From assembly GCA_963822965.1 (NCBI GenBank), contig CAWGJT010000005.1, positions 448,001-512,000 on the forward strand: a stretch of DNA of 64,000 nt, in the 5' to 3' direction. The position numbers and the translations under genes were made by a program. This DNA comes from an uncultured delta proteobacterium. Lineage in GTDB: Bacteria > Myxococcota_A > UBA9160 > UBA4427. The stretch's first letter is position 1; each line of letters begins with the position of its first letter. Shown one piece after another: positions 59,972 through 64,000 of the stretch. Below the pieces are notes generated by a model. The model ran no database searches. It was not told where the DNA came from and saw only the letters and a program-made list of their open reading frames with translations.

Positions 59972-60903
59972 GGCCAGCTCGAGGAGGAGTGCCACAGCCA
60001 GCCCGGCGAGAGGTGCCACAGCCAGCCCAGCGAGAACAGCAGCGAGAACGCGAAGCCCAGCCGGGCCGTGCCGGCCAGCGCCTCGTTCAGCGCCTTACCG
60101 TCCTCGCAGCGCGAGACGACGGCGTCCAGGCGCCGCGCCCACGGCAGCAGGACGAGGGGAGCCAGCACGAGGGGGGACGCGAGGCCGCTCACCAGGTACC
60201 CGGGCAACAGCACGAAGGGCAGGAAGACGAGCGCGCGATACTCGAGGCGCGCACCCCGCCGCCCCAGCCGTACCGCCAGGGTGCGCTTGCGGGCGGCGCG
60301 GTCGCTGTCGATGTCGCGCGTGTTGTTGACCACCAGGATCGCGGTGGCGAGGCAGCCGACCGGCACCGACGCCGCCAGGGCGGCCCCGGAGAACGCGAGG
60401 GTCTGCACGTAGCTCGTCCCGACCACGGCCACGACGCCGAAGAAGACGAAGACCGCGAGGTCGCCGAGGCCGCGGTAGCCGAAGGGCCAGGGTCCACCGG
60501 TGTAGGCCAGCGCGGCGGCGATCGAGGCGAGGCCGGCCACGGCCACCGGCCAGCCGCCGACGGCCACGAGCCAGGCGCCCACGGCGATCGCGGCGGCGAA
60601 GACCACCGCGATGCCCGCACGCATGCGCCGCGGCGACAGCAGGCCCTGCTGGGACGCTCGCGGCGGGCCGATGCGATCCGGCCCGTCCGCGCCGCGCTCG
60701 AAGTCGAAGAGATCGTTCGCGAGGTTGCTGCCGATCTGCAGCAGCAGGGCTCCGCACAGGGCGGCCAGCGCGGGCCCGGCCCGGGCGCCGTCCTCGCCGA
60801 ACGCGACGGCTGTCCCCACGAGCACCGGCCCCACCGAGACGGGCAGGGTGCGCGGCCTGGCCGCCAGCACCCACGCCCGCCCCGACGAGAGCGCCGTCGT
60901 CAC
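59962..60903 (-). CDS. menA: 1,4-dihydroxy-2-naphthoate polyprenyltransferase
   Basis: [46 protein letters not shown]...KRTLAV. Confidence 0.95.
   Translation of the reverse strand: MTTALSSGRAWVLAARPRTLPVSVGPVLVGTAVAFGEDGARAGPALAALCGALLLQIGSNLANDLFDFERGADGPDRIGPPRASQQGLLSPRRMRAGIAVVFAAAIAVGAWLVAVGGWPVAVAGLASIAAALAYTGGPWPFGYRGLGDLAVFVFFGVVAVVGTSYVQTLAFSGAALAASVPVGCLATAILVVNNTRDIDSDRAARKRTLAVRLGRRGARLEYRALVFLPFVLLPGYLVSGLASPLVLAPLVLLPWARRLDAVVSRCEDGKALNEALAGTARLGFAFSLLFSLGWLWHLSPGWLWHSSSSWPWH
59965..60036. repeat. Three imperfect 24-bp tandem copies at the menA/menC junction
   Basis: GTGCCACGGCCAGCTCGAGGAGGA / GTGCCACAGCCAGCCCGGCGAGAG / GTGCCACAGCCAGCCCAGCGAGAA. Confidence 0.85.
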
Positions 60904-61772
60904 GGGCGCCAGGGGAAGCGCGAGAAGTCGGGCTCGCGCTTCTGGTTGTAGGCGTCGCGACCCTCCTGGGCCTCTTCGTTCATGTAGAAGAGGAGCGTCG
61001 CGTTGCCCGCCAGCTCCTGGATGCCCGCCTGCCCGTCGAGCTCGGCGTTGAACGAGGCCTTGAGGCAGCGGATCGCCAGGGGGCTGTGCTGCAGCATCTG
61101 CTTCGCCCAGGCGACGCCCTCGCGCTCGAGCTCTTCGAGGGGCACCACGGCGTTGACGAGCCCCATGTCCAGGGCCTCACGGGCGTCGTACTGGCGGCAC
61201 AGGAACCAGATCTCCCGCGCCTTCTTCTGTCCGACGTGACGGGCGAGATACGAGGCTCCGAAGCCCCCGTCGAAGCTGCCCACGCGTGCGCCCGTCTGTC
61301 CGAACCGCGCGTTCTCGGCGGCGATCGTCAGGTCGCACACCACGTGCAGCACGTGACCACCGCCGATGGCGTAGCCCGCGACGAGCGCCACCACCGGCTT
61401 GGGAAGCGAGCGGATCGACTTCTGCAGGTCGAGCACGTTGAGCCGCGGCACGCCGTCGCCGCCCACGTAGCCCGCGTCACTGCGCACGCTCTGGTCACCG
61501 CCGGAGCAGAAGGCCAGGTCGCCCTGGCCGGTCAGGAGCACCACGCCGACGTCGGGCATCTCCCGCACCCGGGCGAAGGCGTCGATCAGCTCGGCGGTGG
61601 TCTCGGGCCGGAAGGCGTTGCGGACGTGGGGCCGGCAGATCGTGATCCGGGCGATCCCCTCTCCGTCGATGTCGAAGGCGATGTCGCGGTACTCGCGCAC
61701 CGGCTTCCACGAGGCGCCGGGGATCTGCTTCGTCTCGACGGGCCCTCCGGGACGGTCTTCGCTTGCGGTCAT
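60900..61772 (-). CDS. menB: 1,4-dihydroxy-2-naphthoyl-CoA synthase (in frame with upstream menH as sequenced)
   Basis: [60 protein letters not shown] before ATG 61772. Confidence 0.96.
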   Translation of the reverse strand: MTASEDRPGGPVETKQIPGASWKPVREYRDIAFDIDGEGIARITICRPHVRNAFRPETTAELIDAFARVREMPDVGVVLLTGQGDLAFCSGGDQSVRSDAGYVGGDGVPRLNVLDLQKSIRSLPKPVVALVAGYAIGGGHVLHVVCDLTIAAENARFGQTGARVGSFDGGFGASYLARHVGQKKAREIWFLCRQYDAREALDMGLVNAVVPLEELEREGVAWAKQMLQHSPLAIRCLKASFNAELDGQAGIQELAGNATLLFYMNEEAQEGRDAYNQKREPDFSRFPWRP

Positions 61773-62675
61773 CGTGCGTTCCTCCTGCTTCGGTTGGGGG
61801 TGAGGGCCGGACTCGACGCCGTCCAGGAAGCCGGCGACGCTCTCGGCGAAGCGGGCGGGCTCTTCCCAGTGGGCCGCGTGACCGGCGTTCTCGACGAGCG
61901 CGCACTGGGCGCGCGGCAGCCGTGGCTGCATCTGTCGGGCGATCTCGGCGAACTTCTCGTCCAGGGCGCCCGCCACCAGCAGGACCGGCTGCGCGATCTC
62001 GCCGAGGCGCTCGTGCAGGGGCGGCATGGCACCCGTGCCCATGCCGCGCAGGCTGCCGGCGAGGCCCTCGGCGCTGCCGCGCAGGCGCCACGCCCGCTCC
62101 GCGGCGAGGGCCGCGGCACCTCGCCGCGCCTGGGAGGCAAAGAGCGGCAGCGCCATCCATTCGTCGACGAATCGCTCGAGGCCGCGGTCGAGGATGCGCC
62201 GGGCCAGCGCCTCGTCGGCGGCGACGCGCGCCTCGCGCGCGTCGGCATCGGCGAGGCCCGGGCTCGCCCCGACGAGCACCAGCGAGGCCACGCGCGCCGG
62301 ATGCGCGACGGCGAGGGAGAGGGCGACGCGACCGCCCATCGAGTAGCCGAGCAGCTGAACCCGGGAGAGCGCGAGCGCGTCGAGCACCGCCGTCACCTGG
62401 GCGACGCAGGACGCCATCGAGTAGGCCGTCGGATCCGGAGGCGAATCGCTCTCTCCGTGTCCCACGAGGTCCACGGCGACGACCGGCCGGGCCCGCGACC
62501 CCGTCGAGAAGGCCCGCCCGACGTCCGCCATGCTCTCCACCCGACCGGTGAAGCCGTGCAGGACGAGAAGCGGCGTCCCGGGAAGGGTCGCGCCCTGGAC
62601 GCGCACCCGCAGTCGCACACCCCGCGCGGCCTCGACGAAGCGATCGGCTGCCAGGCTCGTCCCGGAGGCCATCAC
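61773..62675 (-). CDS. menH: 2-succinyl-6-hydroxy-2,4-cyclohexadiene-1-carboxylate synthase (no stop before menB)
   Basis: [49 protein letters not shown]. Confidence 0.92.
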
Positions 62676-64000
62676 GGCCGCTCCCGCTCCGGCTCGGCCA
62701 CCGCGACGGCGGCGACCGCCGCCGCCATGGCACGAAACGCCTCGACGCTGGCGTCGCGGTCCACCCGCACGTGCACGAGGGTCGTTCCCGGGTACTGCGC
62801 CGCCTCCTTCAAGGCGGCGCGATAGTGCTCGAAGGAGCCGACCCGGTGGTACGCGAGCTGGAAGAGACGAGCCGCGTGGGCGAGATCCAGGCCGTGAGGC
62901 GTGCGGAACAGCGGCTCGAAGCCGACGCTGTCGCCGTGGGCTGCGATGGGCAGGAACGAGAAGATCCCGCCGCCGTCGTTGTCGAGCACGACGATCACCA
63001 GCTGCAGGCCGTGGCGGCGTGCGGCGAGCAGGCCTCCGAGATCGTGGAGGAAGGCGAGGTCACCCGTCAGCAGCACGGCGGGTCCCACGCCGGCGGCGGC
63101 CGCGCCGAGGGCACTCGAGGTCACGCCGTCGATGCCGTTCGCGCCGCGATTCGCGAGCACCCGGACGCGCTCGCACGAGATGGGCATCACCGCATCCAGG
63201 TGTCGGATGGGCATGCTGTTCGAGACCGTGAGCAGCGCGCCCCCCGGCAGCGCCTCCACCAGCTCGCGCACCAGGCGGGGCTCGAGCAGGCGATCGTCGC
63301 CGGCGAGCGAGCGCGCCACCGCGGCCCCGGCGCGCGCGTCGGCCGCGCGCCATGCCTCGCACCACGCCCGGCGCGCCGTCCCGCGTCCCTCCGCGGGCCG
63401 ATCCTCGCCGCAGGAGCCACCGGTGCCGTCCGCACCCGGGGCGAGGGTCGCCACCACCTCCTCGCAGAGGGCTCGCGGATCGGCCGCGAGCACCCGGGAG
63501 GCCAGGTGGCTGGGGTCGCTCCAGCCGCCTTCGCCGTCCACCACCACCAGCTCCCGGGGCGGGCGTCGCTCGAGCCACAGCCGGAAGGCCTTGCTCACGG
63601 GCGTGGACCCGAAGCGCAGCACCAGGTCCGGTGCGTAGCGCTCCGCGAAGCCGTCACAGCGCAGCAGCAGCTCGCCGTTCGCGACGATCGTCGCGGTCTT
63701 CGGCGCTCCGGCGCCGGCGCGGAGCCCCGACGCGGGATCCGCCAGAATCGGCCAGCCGGTGGCGCCCGCCAGGGAGAGCAGCGCCGCGGCCGTCTCGGCG
63801 TCCGCGTCGAGGGGGCCGCAGGCGATGACGCCCCGCACGTGGGCAAGGGCGAGATCGCACAGCGCCGAGACGACCCGGGGCGTCGGGCGTGCCGCGCCCG
63901 AGGAGGCCTGGGTCCAGGCGGCCGCCCCCCGGCCGGCCCGGGCCTGCGGATCCGCCACCGTCGTGCGGGGCGCGACGGTGGGCTCGAGGGGCTCGCGCAG
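62672..64000 (-). CDS. menD: SEPHCHC synthase MenD, 3' part (start lies beyond window)
   Basis: [64 protein letters not shown]. Confidence 0.95.
   Translation of the reverse strand: MREPLEPTVAPRTTVADPQARAGRGAAAWTQASSGAARPTPRVVSALCDLALAHVRGVIACGPLDADAETAAALLSLAGATGWPILADPASGLRAGAGAPKTATIVANGELLLRCDGFAERYAPDLVLRFGSTPVSKAFRLWLERRPPRELVVVDGEGGWSDPSHLASRVLAADPRALCEEVVATLAPGADGTGGSCGEDRPAEGRGTARRAWCEAWRAADARAGAAVARSLAGDDRLLEPRLVRELVEALPGGALLTVSNSMPIRHLDAVMPISCERVRVLANRGANGIDGVTSSALGAAAAGVGPAVLLTGDLAFLHDLGGLLAARRHGLQLVIVVLDNDGGGIFSFLPIAAHGDSVGFEPLFRTPHGLDLAHAARLFQLAYHRVGSFEHYRAALKEAAQYPGTTLVHVRVDRDASVEAFRAMAAAVAAVAVAEPERERP

Noticed and set aside
57360..64000. Classical men pathway as a novelty
   Set aside because: It is a well-characterised pathway in an ordinary operon. 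Only the junction features are reported as findings.

Overview
A GC-rich bacterial chromosomal segment of mostly core and housekeeping genes. lpxD indicates a diderm. The gene content (Hanks-type TPR kinase, classical men operon, DsbA, TonB) suggests Myxococcota or a related deltaproteobacterial lineage, which is an inference. About 50 CDSs can be read. They include ettA (partial), a long Lhr helicase, lpxD, a CusF-SCO fusion, asnS, rbgA, a recC-recB-recD-rsgA operon, bfd-bfr with a Fur-like box, a 1577-aa receptor-like Ser/Thr kinase and the menD(partial)-H-B-A-C-E operon. Many genes in the first ~23 kb are split by single-base indels, most likely long-read assembly errors. I saw no rRNA, tRNA, CRISPR array, prophage or transposase. 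The most notable non-routine signals are: (1) a 159-bp non-autonomous MITE with perfect 20-bp terminal inverted repeats, a TCA target duplication and a G-U-supported RNA hairpin; (2) a type-I (eukaryote-like orientation) TPR receptor kinase; (3) a dockerin-like, IPTL-CTERM-like secreted protein; (4) recurrent leaderless-type promoters; (5) CCTCCTGA repeats between bfd and bfr; (6) a dual-coding 24-bp triplication at the menA/menC junction; (7) an apparent MenH-MenB fusion. I cannot support a clear-cut new multi-gene system from the sequence alone.
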